Translations under genes and position numbers: made by a program
Part shown: positions 9,877-19,319 of the stretch, piece after piece
How positions within the stretch are numbered: position 1 is the stretch's first letter
How the letters are laid out: every line of letters starts with the position of its first letter
Source: a bacterium
Lineage (GTDB): Bacteria > SAR324 > XYD2-FULL-50-16
Length of the DNA stretch: 64,000 nucleotides
Assembly (NCBI GenBank): GCA_032250835.1
Contig: JAVVEA010000003.1
Coordinates: forward strand, 57,458-121,457
Direction of reading: 5' to 3'
Notes under the pieces: generated by a model
Database searches by the model: none
Told to the model about the DNA's origin: nothing
The model's input: the letters and a program-made list of their open reading frames with translations, nothing else

Positions 9877-10266
9877 ATGTCCGCTGAAGCAAAGAAACGC
9901 GTGTTGATCATTGACGACAGCCAGTCGCTGCGGAATATTTTGCACGAGGCTTTAGAGGTCTTACGTTTTGAAGTGAGCGAAGCCGAAGGAGCCGAAGCGG
10001 CTTTGGCATCGGTGCAGGCCCATCTCCCTGATTTGATCATCCTAGATTGGCACATGCCCGGTATGGACGGGTATGAGCTCTTCCTTAAGTTGCGCGACAA
10101 CCCGCAAACTGCCGAAATTCCGGTGATCATGTTAACCGCTGAGGACCGCAAGGACTCGATGCTTAAAGCGATCCGCGCCGGGGTCCGCTACTATCTGACC
10201 AAGCCCTTTACCCATGAAGATTTGTTGACCCGCGTGGTTCAGGTCTTAAAACTCGACCTCCCATGA
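9877..10266 (+). CDS. cheY: Single-domain response regulator, CheY-like
   Basis: IDD, LDWHMP, MLT and TKPF receiver motifs. Confidence 0.85.
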   Translation: MSAEAKKRVLIIDDSQSLRNILHEALEVLRFEVSEAEGAEAALASVQAHLPDLIILDWHMPGMDGYELFLKLRDNPQTAEIPVIMLTAEDRKDSMLKAIRAGVRYYLTKPFTHEDLLTRVVQVLKLDLP

Positions 10267-12947
10267 ACATCGCCGTTCTCAGTACCGACCCTTTATCCAA
10301 TGATCTATTGGAGCAATTGGAGGCCTGGGGACATAAGCAGCGCTTGTTTAGCCAGCCGAGCGAACTGTTCGACTGGACCAACAAACACCCCGAATTAGAG
10401 ATGGTGCTCCTGCACGGAGCCGCCTGGGAATTAGAGTCGATTGTCGCGCAGTTGCGCCGTTTCCCCTACTACCTCTATTTGATGTGGCTTTATGAAGGCT
10501 TTGGTGAGCAGCGGGACCGGCTTTTTTTGTCGGGACTCGACGAAGCCCTCTCCTGCCAACTGGAACCCGAAGACCTACGCTCCCGGCTCATCTCATTACA
10601 GCGCTTTTTTGACCACCACAGCACCCGCCTGGATCATCCTGAAGAAAGCCAACCCCGCCAAAACCCCCAAACCTTAAATTTAGAAGCAGGCCTTGAATAT
10701 ACCGGCGGCGACCGGGATTTTTATCGGTCCTTGTTAGAAGTCCTGGTGGAAACAGCGGAGCAGCAAGTCGACCAATTGGATCAAGGCAGCCTAGACCTCT
10801 GGATTGATTTGTCCCAAAATGCAGCCACCTTGGGTGCGGAACACTTGGCCATTTGGGTGGAAGATTTTTTTGCCGTCAAGCGCCTGCGGGTGGGGCCTAA
10901 TTCGCGGGGGTTGAACCGGCTTAAAGAACGTTACCATTGGGTTTGCGTCGGCTTGCGTCAGGGGCTGGATAGCTTAAGGGCTAACGGTTATTTCGGCGGC
11001 AAACAACCGGACGAAGAGTTAGGGCCTATCAGGGGGATGAAAGTGCTTTTAGTCGAGGATATGAAGCACAACCGTCTGTTGTTGCGGCATATGTTCTCTC
11101 GCCTAGAGAGCGAAGTGGTCGAAGCGGTCAACGGCCAAGAGGGGGTGGACGCCTACATTGCCGGTAGTTTTGATTTAGTGGTGATGGACATGAACATGCC
11201 CGTCAAAGACGGCTTCACCGCCACCGAAGAGATCCGCCAATTCGAGCGGGAAAAAGGCCGTCAACCCTGCCCGATCTTGGCTTTGACCGCGTTGGCGATG
11301 CGCGGAGATCGGGAAAAATGCCTTGCCGCTGGTTGCGACGCCTACCTACCCAAGCCGGTGGAGACTGCGGCGCTCTTTAGGCAGTTGCTGGATATGTACC
11401 GTCAGGCGGGCCGCATTGGAGGCGAAAATAAGGCGGCCTTGCCGGTGGACACTAAACATCTGTTAAAGGTGGCGGTTTACACCCAAAACCAAATCTACCG
11501 ATTTGTGTTGGAGGTGATTTTAGGGGGCTTTGGTTTGGAGTGTAGCTTTTTGTCTGTCGCCGACGAATTGTTGGCTGCCGTTGAGGAGAGGGCTTTTGAT
11601 CTCGTGTTGATGGATCAAGAACGCAACCTCAAGCTGGCCTTTTTGATCCGCGACCAATACCCCGCCCAGCCGCTCACCTTGATCGGCAATCCCGACGACC
11701 GGCGCGCCAGTAGTCTGGACCGCTTGGATTACGTGGTGCGCTACCCCTTTGAGCGCGAGCAATTGCGCTACATCATCGAATTCCATAACACCAATCTCCA
11801 GCAGAAGCAGCGCTTTGACGAACTCATTGAGGATTTCAATAGCCTCAAAACCGTCAAAGGACAGTTGAGTATTGAGGAAACCACGGACCGATCGGGCGGG
11901 CAGTTGGCGGTGTGGCAAAAGGCTTTCCGGAAAATCGGCGGGGATTTGGTCTTAAGCCAAAGTTTTAACCTGCATGGTCGATTTGGTTTGATGTTGGCCG
12001 ATGTCTCGGGCCACGATGTCAAAAGCGGTTATACGGCCAGTTGGTTCGCTGGGTTGGTTAAAGGGGTGTGGCGCAAGTACCCGAATCCCTACAACCTACT
12101 CACCTACCTCAACGGCCTTTTCGACCCCGAAACCAGCGAAGAAGACCGGCGGTACGTCTGTGCTCTGGTTTTGATGTGGGACCCGATGGAGGGCAAGCTC
12201 TATTGGGCCAACGCGGGCATCCCTGGCGGTCTGTTGGTGCGCGGCGATGGACGTAGGATCGAGTTAAACTGGAAGGGAATGCCCTTGGGCATGTTCCCGG
12301 ATATGGCGGTCTTTGATCAAGGTGAACGCAATTTGGAGCCTGGGGATCATTTGATCTTGGCGACCGACGGGATTTTAGAGAACGTTCCAGGCGACCAGAT
12401 TGGCCGCTTGGCTTTAAACGGTTCTAAGCCGAAAGACCTACTGGATTCGGTGGTGGATTTTGTGGTCCGCTCTACCGAGGTGCATGACGACTTGACCTTG
12501 GCGGTCTTCGGCCCTCAGCCGGTCCGCTTGGCTGAAGGCGGCTACCGCAGCCGGATGTTGGGGAATATGGAAGCAACCTACGACGAAGTGGGCCGCATCA
12601 AAGCCTATCTAGACCGGCACAGTGAATTGGATTTTGATTGGCCCCTGACTTCGGTGGCCATCAAGGAAGCCTTGATGAACGCAGTGGAGCATGGTAACCG
12701 GGGGGTTGAGGACAGGGCGGTCTGGGTGGATGTTTGGTTGGAAGCACAAACACGTCTGGTGGTTCAGATATCCGACGAAGGGCCGGGCTTTGATTTACAT
12801 GCCGAACGCCAACGACTAGAGACGGAAGGTCAACTGAGAATTCAGGGGCGCGGAATCCAGCTGATGGAACATATAGCCAAGGAAATCAGCTATACAGGGG
12901 CCAGTGTGCGGATGGTATTTGAGGCGGTGACAAAGCCGGTAGAATAA
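10263..12947 (+). CDS. Multidomain signalling protein: degenerate REC, HPt-like, REC, degenerate REC, SpoIIE/PP2C phosphatase, RsbW-type kinase
   Basis: Intact REC (VMDMNMP...PKP). PP2C motifs GGDL, ADVSGH, TDG and DDLT. HATPase motifs EALMNAVEHGN, DEGPGF and GRGI. Confidence 0.85.
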   Translation: MNIAVLSTDPLSNDLLEQLEAWGHKQRLFSQPSELFDWTNKHPELEMVLLHGAAWELESIVAQLRRFPYYLYLMWLYEGFGEQRDRLFLSGLDEALSCQLEPEDLRSRLISLQRFFDHHSTRLDHPEESQPRQNPQTLNLEAGLEYTGGDRDFYRSLLEVLVETAEQQVDQLDQGSLDLWIDLSQNAATLGAEHLAIWVEDFFAVKRLRVGPNSRGLNRLKERYHWVCVGLRQGLDSLRANGYFGGKQPDEELGPIRGMKVLLVEDMKHNRLLLRHMFSRLESEVVEAVNGQEGVDAYIAGSFDLVVMDMNMPVKDGFTATEEIRQFEREKGRQPCPILALTALAMRGDREKCLAAGCDAYLPKPVETAALFRQLLDMYRQAGRIGGENKAALPVDTKHLLKVAVYTQNQIYRFVLEVILGGFGLECSFLSVADELLAAVEERAFDLVLMDQERNLKLAFLIRDQYPAQPLTLIGNPDDRRASSLDRLDYVVRYPFEREQLRYIIEFHNTNLQQKQRFDELIEDFNSLKTVKGQLSIEETTDRSGGQLAVWQKAFRKIGGDLVLSQSFNLHGRFGLMLADVSGHDVKSGYTASWFAGLVKGVWRKYPNPYNLLTYLNGLFDPETSEEDRRYVCALVLMWDPMEGKLYWANAGIPGGLLVRGDGRRIELNWKGMPLGMFPDMAVFDQGERNLEPGDHLILATDGILENVPGDQIGRLALNGSKPKDLLDSVVDFVVRSTEVHDDLTLAVFGPQPVRLAEGGYRSRMLGNMEATYDEVGRIKAYLDRHSELDFDWPLTSVAIKEALMNAVEHGNRGVEDRAVWVDVWLEAQTRLVVQISDEGPGFDLHAERQRLETEGQLRIQGRGIQLMEHIAKEISYTGASVRMVFEAVTKPVE

Positions 12948-12986
12948 GTTTATAATCTATATAATTGCTAAAATCTATGGAGCCTC

Positions 12987-13397
12987 ATGAAAATGCTGAT
13001 CGTCGATGATGACGAAATCAACCGCAAACTACTTCAGGCCCTGGTTAAGCCCTTTGGCTCGACGGAACAGGTAGAGAACGGTTTAGACGCTATCGCGAGT
13101 TACCAAGCAGCTTTGGAATTAGGTGAGCCCTACGAGGTGATCTTCTTGGACATCATGATGCCCCTGATGAACGGGCACGACTGTCTGGCCAAGTTGCGCG
13201 AATTGGAGTGGGACAAAGGCCTAGAAAAAGGCGAAGGGTCTAAGGTAGTGATGGTCACCGCGTTGGGCGACGCCCGCAACGTGATGACTGCCTTTTCCGC
13301 TGGTGCGGAGTATTATTTGGTCAAGCCGATCCAGCAGAAAAAGCTTTATGAGTTGATGTCCGAGATGGGCTACCAGCCGAGCCAAAAAACCCTCTAG
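12987..13397 (+). CDS. Single-domain response regulator
   Basis: VDD, LDIMMP, MVT and VKP motifs. Confidence 0.9.
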   Translation: MKMLIVDDDEINRKLLQALVKPFGSTEQVENGLDAIASYQAALELGEPYEVIFLDIMMPLMNGHDCLAKLRELEWDKGLEKGEGSKVVMVTALGDARNVMTAFSAGAEYYLVKPIQQKKLYELMSEMGYQPSQKTL

Positions 13398-13408
13398 TTA
13401 ATCTTCAA

Positions 13409-14311
13409 CTAGAGCCAGCTATAGTCTTCGTCCTCGAGCAGTTTTGCCTCGGGCAACTCGCCGAGGTCAGCCAATTCTTGTAACACCAACAACCCTGCGG
13501 CCCGTTGCTCTTTGGTTAAGGGCACATAGGGCAACCGAAAGACCGGTAGGCACAAACCCAACATGGCCGAGACGGTGTTCAGCGCAATCGGGTTGGGCTC
13601 TTGGAAGAGCCAAGCAAACAGCTTCCCCAAACGTTGATTGAGCGCTTCGTCGGGCTGCTCCATCAGGCGCAGCATGGTCTTGGGCAGTAGGTTTGAGGTG
13701 ACGCTAATCACCCCATAGGCTCCGGACTGGTGGCGGCTCTGGTGGCAGTCATCGTCGTTGCCGGACCAACAGCCAATCCCCAGGCTACGGTAGTGAGCGA
13801 TCCGTTCGGGTCCCACGCATTCTTTGACGCCCAGCAGGTTTTCATGGCCCGCCAAGGCCTCAATCACCTCACTGGGGATGTCTTGACCGGTACGCCCAGG
13901 TACGTTGTAAACAATCGCCGGGCCAATGTCTAAGCCCGCCTTGAGGTGCGCGGTCATGCCCCGGACGTTGGTTTTGCCATAGTAGGGATTGATCAGCAAC
14001 GCTGCATCCATGCCCACGGCAAAGCCGTGTTCGGTGGCCTTGACCACCTCTTTGGTGTTGTTGCTGCCCGTGTTGCCGACGATCAGCAGTCGGTCTCCAA
14101 ATTGGTTGACGCTGTGGGCGATCAACATCACGTGCTCGTCCCAGCCCATCAAATGTCCTTCACCGGTGGTGCCACCAATGATCAGGCCTTGAACGCCCGC
14201 TTCAATCTGACGCTCGACCAAGCGGTCAAAGGCTTCCAGGTCGATGCTTCGATCGGGCAGGTAGGGGGTTTTAATAGCCGTGATGACGCGGGCTTGGGCG
14301 AAATCTGTCAT
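13409..14311 (-). CDS. dapA: Dihydrodipicolinate synthase (plant-like type)
   Basis: GTTGE, NPYY, YNVPGRT and GVKE motifs. Confidence 0.95.
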   Translation of the reverse strand: MTDFAQARVITAIKTPYLPDRSIDLEAFDRLVERQIEAGVQGLIIGGTTGEGHLMGWDEHVMLIAHSVNQFGDRLLIVGNTGSNNTKEVVKATEHGFAVGMDAALLINPYYGKTNVRGMTAHLKAGLDIGPAIVYNVPGRTGQDIPSEVIEALAGHENLLGVKECVGPERIAHYRSLGIGCWSGNDDDCHQSRHQSGAYGVISVTSNLLPKTMLRLMEQPDEALNQRLGKLFAWLFQEPNPIALNTVSAMLGLCLPVFRLPYVPLTKEQRAAGLLVLQELADLGELPEAKLLEDEDYSWL

Positions 14312-14418
14312 GCCGGTCCTTGTCGAAAACTTGCGGGAATGCTAATGCTGGGAAAATCCACGATCCTATGGACCTTTTATCGCATGAGAACCGCTCATTT
14401 GTCTAGCACCCCCCTCCA

Positions 14419-15717
14419 ATGAGTCAGGACCAAGTCCTCGTGCTGGACACCAACGTCCTGCTCAACGATCCCGAATCGCTGTTCGACTACCCCAAGGCTC
14501 GGTTGATCCTGCCTTTGGCGGTGCTCGACGAGATGGATCAGTTCAAGAAGGAATATAACGAGCGGGGCCGCAACGCCCGCCGTCTGGCCCAGATATTAGA
14601 CCAGATCCGCACCCAGGGCCGCCTGACCGAAGGGGTGACCTTAGAAAACGGCGCGGTCTTGAGCGTAGACGTAGAAGAAAACCCGCGCGGATATAAGGGG
14701 TTCTCGCCCCATAAGGGCAGCAATCGAGTGCTTTTGGCCACCTTGTCGATCAAGGAGCGGATTGAGCGCAACGTGGTGCTGGTGACCAATGACCTGAACC
14801 TGAGAGTCCGGGCTTCGGCTCTGGGGATTCCGGTCCAAAGCCATGACGAGCGCGGCCGTAACGTAGACATCTACGAGGGGTTTTTTCACCTCGACCCCAA
14901 TGCGGAACAACTACGGCAATTAGACAAGTTAGGGTACCTAGAGGGCGAAGACCTACGATTTTACGCCAACCAAAATGTGATCATTCCCTACCAGGGTAAG
15001 GATCAACTCTACCGCTTCCACCAAGACAAAGGCCGTCTCAAGCGGGTTAAGCCCATCGAACGAGGCGTTTATGGCCTCTTTGCGAAGAATCCCGAACAGC
15101 TTGCGGCCCTAAATCTGTTGCTTGACGAAGAGGTCCATGTGGTTACCCTAGCGGGCAAGGCGGGTACCGGTAAGACCTTACTGGCCCTGGCCGCAGCTAT
15201 GGAACTCCTGACCCATGGGCGTGACTACCACCGGCTTTTGGTTTCCCGCCCGATCTTCCCAATGGGCCGGGACATGGGCTATTTGCCCGGTGACGTGAGC
15301 GAAAAGCTGGCCCCTTGGATGCAACCGATCATGGATAACTTGGAATACCTAGCTAATGCCCAGCCGATGGGGATCAAGACCCGCGGGCCCGAGGGGCTGC
15401 TGGAAAAGGGGTTGATCGAGCTAGAGCCCTTGACTTATATCCGGGGGCGCTCGATCAGCAACCGGATCATGATTGTCGACGAGGCCCAAAACCTGACGCC
15501 CCATGAGCTTAAAACCATAGTCACTCGGGTCGGTGAGGGCACCAAATTGATCTTAACCGGCGACCCCTATCAGGTGGACAACCCCTATCTGGACCCCAGT
15601 TCCAACGGGCTCAGCTACCTGATCGAGCGGTTCCGCGACCACCCTATCGCCGGTCATGTGACCCTCTTGCGCGGCGTGCGCTCACCCCTGGCCGAATTGG
15701 CCGCCAACGTGTTGTAA
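14419..15717 (+). CDS. PIN-PhoH fusion (PhoH2/YlaK family)
   Basis: N-terminal VLDTNVL PIN domain, GKAGTGKT Walker A, YIRGRS and DEAQN. Confidence 0.92.
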   Translation: MSQDQVLVLDTNVLLNDPESLFDYPKARLILPLAVLDEMDQFKKEYNERGRNARRLAQILDQIRTQGRLTEGVTLENGAVLSVDVEENPRGYKGFSPHKGSNRVLLATLSIKERIERNVVLVTNDLNLRVRASALGIPVQSHDERGRNVDIYEGFFHLDPNAEQLRQLDKLGYLEGEDLRFYANQNVIIPYQGKDQLYRFHQDKGRLKRVKPIERGVYGLFAKNPEQLAALNLLLDEEVHVVTLAGKAGTGKTLLALAAAMELLTHGRDYHRLLVSRPIFPMGRDMGYLPGDVSEKLAPWMQPIMDNLEYLANAQPMGIKTRGPEGLLEKGLIELEPLTYIRGRSISNRIMIVDEAQNLTPHELKTIVTRVGEGTKLILTGDPYQVDNPYLDPSSNGLSYLIERFRDHPIAGHVTLLRGVRSPLAELAANVL

Positions 15718-17028
15718 ATGAAAGGAATTAAAAGAACGCCTTTGCCCCCATTGCGGGGCGAAACCAACCCCAGACGCCTCGCTTTTGCTGACCTTTTGCG
15801 TTGGCTCGAACGAGGGGAACTGAAAATGCGTGACAGCGCTGAATTTAAGGCTACCGGCGGCGCGGGACTCTACCGGGAACTGCTTTCAAACGCCGTGCGC
15901 CACAAAAACCGCCTGATGGCACTGATCGAAACGCTAACGGGGCGCAAACCGCACCAGTTGGACGCCGAGGTGGTCAGTGCCTTGATGCTGGGCTTGGTGC
16001 AGATGTCGCCGGGCAGTAAGGTCGAACCTTGGGCGGCGGTGGACGAATCGGTGGGGTTGTTGGCTTGGGTGGGCAAGCCCTATTTAAAGGGGGTGATCAA
16101 CGCCAGCTTGCGGCGCTACCAACGAGAAGGGGTCGAGCTAGAAGGGGCCCTGGAAAACCGCGCCCTGCAATTGAGCCATCCAGAGTGGATGCTTAAGAAG
16201 TGGGAAGCGGTTTTTGGACCTGAGGTGATGATGCAGTTGGCTTTGGCCCACAACCAACCGCCCCGGATATGGCTGGTGCCTCGCCCTGATTTGGGGGTCG
16301 ACGGCTTAAAAGAACGCTTGGCCGCCCAGGGGATCACCTGCGAAGTTGAGGGCGGAGCCCTGTGGGTGCCTAAAGCCGCCGGGCTCTTTGAGACCCCGGC
16401 CTACCAAGAAGGCCTTTTCTACGTCCAAGACCCTTCGGCCCAGGCGATTGCCGCTTGGGCGGCGAGCCTGCAACCCAAACGCCTGCTCGACGCCTGTGCG
16501 GCACCGGGCGGCAAACTCGCATACCTGCTGTGGGCGCTGCCTGAATTAGACGCGGTGGCCCTCGAACCCAATGCGGGGCGGATGAAGCGGACCCGGGAAA
16601 ACTTGAAGCGGCTTGGCCTGAAGGCCCGATTGAGCGAAACCACCGCTGAAGACTTCGACGATGCTCTGGGCTTTGATCTGGTCTTAGCCGACGTGCCCTG
16701 TAGCGCCACCGGGACCATTGGCAAACACCCTGAGATCAAATGGGACCGCCGTCCGGCTGACTTTGCGCGCAACCAGGAAACCCAAGGGATTCTGCTCGAA
16801 TCCTTGGCCCCTTTGGTGCGCTCCGGCGGGCATTTGCTTTATGCGACCTGTTCTTTGGAGGCCGAAGAAAACGAAGCGGTAGTCGAGGATTTTTTAGCCG
16901 GTCACCCGCAGTTTAGCCGCCAAGTTACCCCCGAGGGTCAACCTTATCTCCGCCAACTCCCCCAGCCGGGCCGCAGTGGTTCCTTTGGGGCCCTGTTGGT
17001 CAAGGCCGAGACCAAAAAAACCGCTTAA
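15718..17028 (+). CDS. rsmB: 16S rRNA m5C967 methyltransferase (RsmB/Sun family)
   Basis: VQD, DACAAPGGK, DVPCSATG and YATCS motifs, NusB-like N-terminus. Confidence 0.88.
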   Translation: MKGIKRTPLPPLRGETNPRRLAFADLLRWLERGELKMRDSAEFKATGGAGLYRELLSNAVRHKNRLMALIETLTGRKPHQLDAEVVSALMLGLVQMSPGSKVEPWAAVDESVGLLAWVGKPYLKGVINASLRRYQREGVELEGALENRALQLSHPEWMLKKWEAVFGPEVMMQLALAHNQPPRIWLVPRPDLGVDGLKERLAAQGITCEVEGGALWVPKAAGLFETPAYQEGLFYVQDPSAQAIAAWAASLQPKRLLDACAAPGGKLAYLLWALPELDAVALEPNAGRMKRTRENLKRLGLKARLSETTAEDFDDALGFDLVLADVPCSATGTIGKHPEIKWDRRPADFARNQETQGILLESLAPLVRSGGHLLYATCSLEAEENEAVVEDFLAGHPQFSRQVTPEGQPYLRQLPQPGRSGSFGALLVKAETKKTA

Positions 17029-17088
17029 CAACGGGCCCTGTAACTTCCATAATCATCCCAAAACAATGAACCCCAACCCCAGCTAGTC

Positions 17089-17739
17089 ATGTTGAAAGTA
17101 TCCCCTTCCCTGTTGTCTGCCGACCCTTCTAAGTACGGCGAAGAGATCCACGCCGTGGCCCAGGCCGGGGCCGAGTGGCTGCACCTGGACGTGATGGACG
17201 GAATCTTTGCACCCAACATCACCTTTGGTCCTCCGGTCATCGCTGGGCTACCCAAGCCCGCCGGGATGGAGTTTGACGCCCATTTGATGGTCCACCAACC
17301 CGAACGCTTGATCCAGGACTTCATCGACACCGGAAAGTTGGACTGGTTGACCGTGCATTGTGAGGCGACCGACCACTTGCAGCGCTTGGTTCAGGTGATC
17401 CGCAACGCAGGCATCCGCCCCGGCGTTTCGCTCAACCCCGCCACCCCGCCGGAAATGATCGAGTGGGTCTTAGACGACGTGGACTTGGTCTTGGTGATGA
17501 CCGTGAACCCCGGCTTCTCGGGCCAGAAATACTTACCTAGCGTCAAGCCGAAGATCGAGCGGATCAAGGAGTGGATCGTCAAGCGCGGCCTGGACGTGAC
17601 CATCCAGGTTGACGGCGGTGTGAGCCCCAAAAACGCCCGTGAGTTGGTGGACGCCGGGATGGACGTTTGTGTGGCCGGTTCGGCCGTTTACGGGCAGCCG
17701 GACTACGCCGCCGCCGTGAGCGCCCTGAAAAATGCTTGA
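17089..17739 (+). CDS. rpe: Ribulose-phosphate 3-epimerase
   Basis: [17 protein letters not shown] and VDGG motifs. Confidence 0.96.
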   Translation: MLKVSPSLLSADPSKYGEEIHAVAQAGAEWLHLDVMDGIFAPNITFGPPVIAGLPKPAGMEFDAHLMVHQPERLIQDFIDTGKLDWLTVHCEATDHLQRLVQVIRNAGIRPGVSLNPATPPEMIEWVLDDVDLVLVMTVNPGFSGQKYLPSVKPKIERIKEWIVKRGLDVTIQVDGGVSPKNARELVDAGMDVCVAGSAVYGQPDYAAAVSALKNA

Positions 17740-18220
17740 TTTTCGAGTCGGTCAGGGCTTTGACGTCCACCAATTGGTTGAGGGGCGTCCGCTGATCTTA
17801 GGCGGCGTGACCTTGGCCTTTGATAAGGGGCTCCTGGGCCACTCGGACGCTGATGTTTTGCTCCATGCCATCATGGATGCGCTCTTGGGTGCCGCCGGTT
17901 TGTCCGACATTGGCCGCCTCTTTCCTGATACGGACCCTGCCTATGCTGGAGCCGATTCGCTGGAATTGCTGCGGGTATTATGGGCGGAGGTGACGGACTT
18001 AGGATGGCAGCTGGGCAATCTGGATGCTACGGTAATCGCCGAGCGCCCCAAACTGGCTCCAGTGATCCCCCAAATGCGGGCCCATATCGCCGAGGTGCTC
18101 GGCTGTGACCCGACCCAGGTCAACATCAAAGCGACGACTACCGAAAAGCTGGGCTTTACTGGACGCGGAGAAGGCATTGCCGCCCAGGCGGTGGCCCTGC
18201 TCAAACGAGACACCCCATGA
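17732..18220 (+). CDS. ispF: 2-C-methyl-D-erythritol 2,4-cyclodiphosphate synthase
   Basis: GQGFDVH, GHSDAD and [10 protein letters not shown] motifs. Confidence 0.96.
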   Translation: MLDFRVGQGFDVHQLVEGRPLILGGVTLAFDKGLLGHSDADVLLHAIMDALLGAAGLSDIGRLFPDTDPAYAGADSLELLRVLWAEVTDLGWQLGNLDATVIAERPKLAPVIPQMRAHIAEVLGCDPTQVNIKATTTEKLGFTGRGEGIAAQAVALLKRDTP

Positions 18221-19275
18221 GCGATCTGAGCAATCTCTTGTTAGAACTACTTTCGATCCCTTCGGAAACGGGGCGCGAACAGAACTTGAGCAAGTTTGTC
18301 TTTGAGCGGCTGGCCGCCCAATCGGCCTACTGTTGCCAACAGCAGGGCCTGTCATTGACCTATAGGGGCCCCTTGGACCCTGAAAAACAGACCCTGGGCT
18401 TCTTCGGGCATCTAGACACGGTCCAGGACCAACAAACCCTGATCCCTCAGATCAAAGGAGACCGGGTCTATGGCTGCGGGGCCAGCGACATGAAGGCCGG
18501 GCTGGCGGTGATGATGTCCTTGATGCAACAGGACCCGGCCCAATCGGCCTATAATCTAGTCTTTGTTTTTTACGATAAAGAAGAGGGCCCCTATTTGGAA
18601 AACGGCTTAGAGCCGGTCTTGAGCCGCCAAAAGGAACTGTCCCAAATCGACTTAGCCTTTGCCCTAGAGCCCACCGACAACCGGATTGAGATGGGTTGTA
18701 TGGGCGGGTTACATGCTCTGGTGACCTTCAAAGGGCAATCGGCCCACTCTGCCCGGCCTTGGCAGGGGGAGAATGCGTTGCATGCTGCATGGCCTCTACT
18801 CAAGCGGCTTTCGGAGCAAAAACCTAAGGAAGTTGTTTTCGGTGGTCTGCCTTTTTTTGAGGTGATCAACGCCACCCAAGGTACTACTGACAACCGCCGC
18901 AACAGCATCCCCGGCCACTTCACACTCAACTTGAACTACCGCTTCGCACCGGGCAAAGAGATGGAGTTGGCCAAGCAGGAGTTGTTGGATTTGGTCGGCG
19001 AGGGGCCCGAGGTATTGTTTGTCGACGAATGCCCCTCGGCCCCGGTGGTGGACGAAAACCCGCTGTTCGCCCGATTTTTGGCCGCTACCGAGCTGCCGGT
19101 GCAATCTAAACAGGCCTGGACCGACATCGCGCGGTTGGCGGTTTACGGAATCGACGGGGTCAACCTAGGGCCCGGACGCTCCGATCAGGCCCACCAGAAA
19201 GACGAATGGACTTCAATTCAAGATCTTGAAAAGAATCACCGAATCTTTTCAAACTTTCTTTTCGGAGCCCCCTGA
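18217..19275 (+). CDS. dapE: Succinyl-diaminopimelate desuccinylase (M20 family, actinobacterial-like type)
   Basis: [23 protein letters not shown] and AHQKDE motifs. Confidence 0.8.
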   Translation: MSDLSNLLLELLSIPSETGREQNLSKFVFERLAAQSAYCCQQQGLSLTYRGPLDPEKQTLGFFGHLDTVQDQQTLIPQIKGDRVYGCGASDMKAGLAVMMSLMQQDPAQSAYNLVFVFYDKEEGPYLENGLEPVLSRQKELSQIDLAFALEPTDNRIEMGCMGGLHALVTFKGQSAHSARPWQGENALHAAWPLLKRLSEQKPKEVVFGGLPFFEVINATQGTTDNRRNSIPGHFTLNLNYRFAPGKEMELAKQELLDLVGEGPEVLFVDECPSAPVVDENPLFARFLAATELPVQSKQAWTDIARLAVYGIDGVNLGPGRSDQAHQKDEWTSIQDLEKNHRIFSNFLFGAP

Positions 19276-19319
19276 GCTAGACTGCCCAGAAATCCGTTTT
19301 TTTCCAAGGAAAGCGCCCC

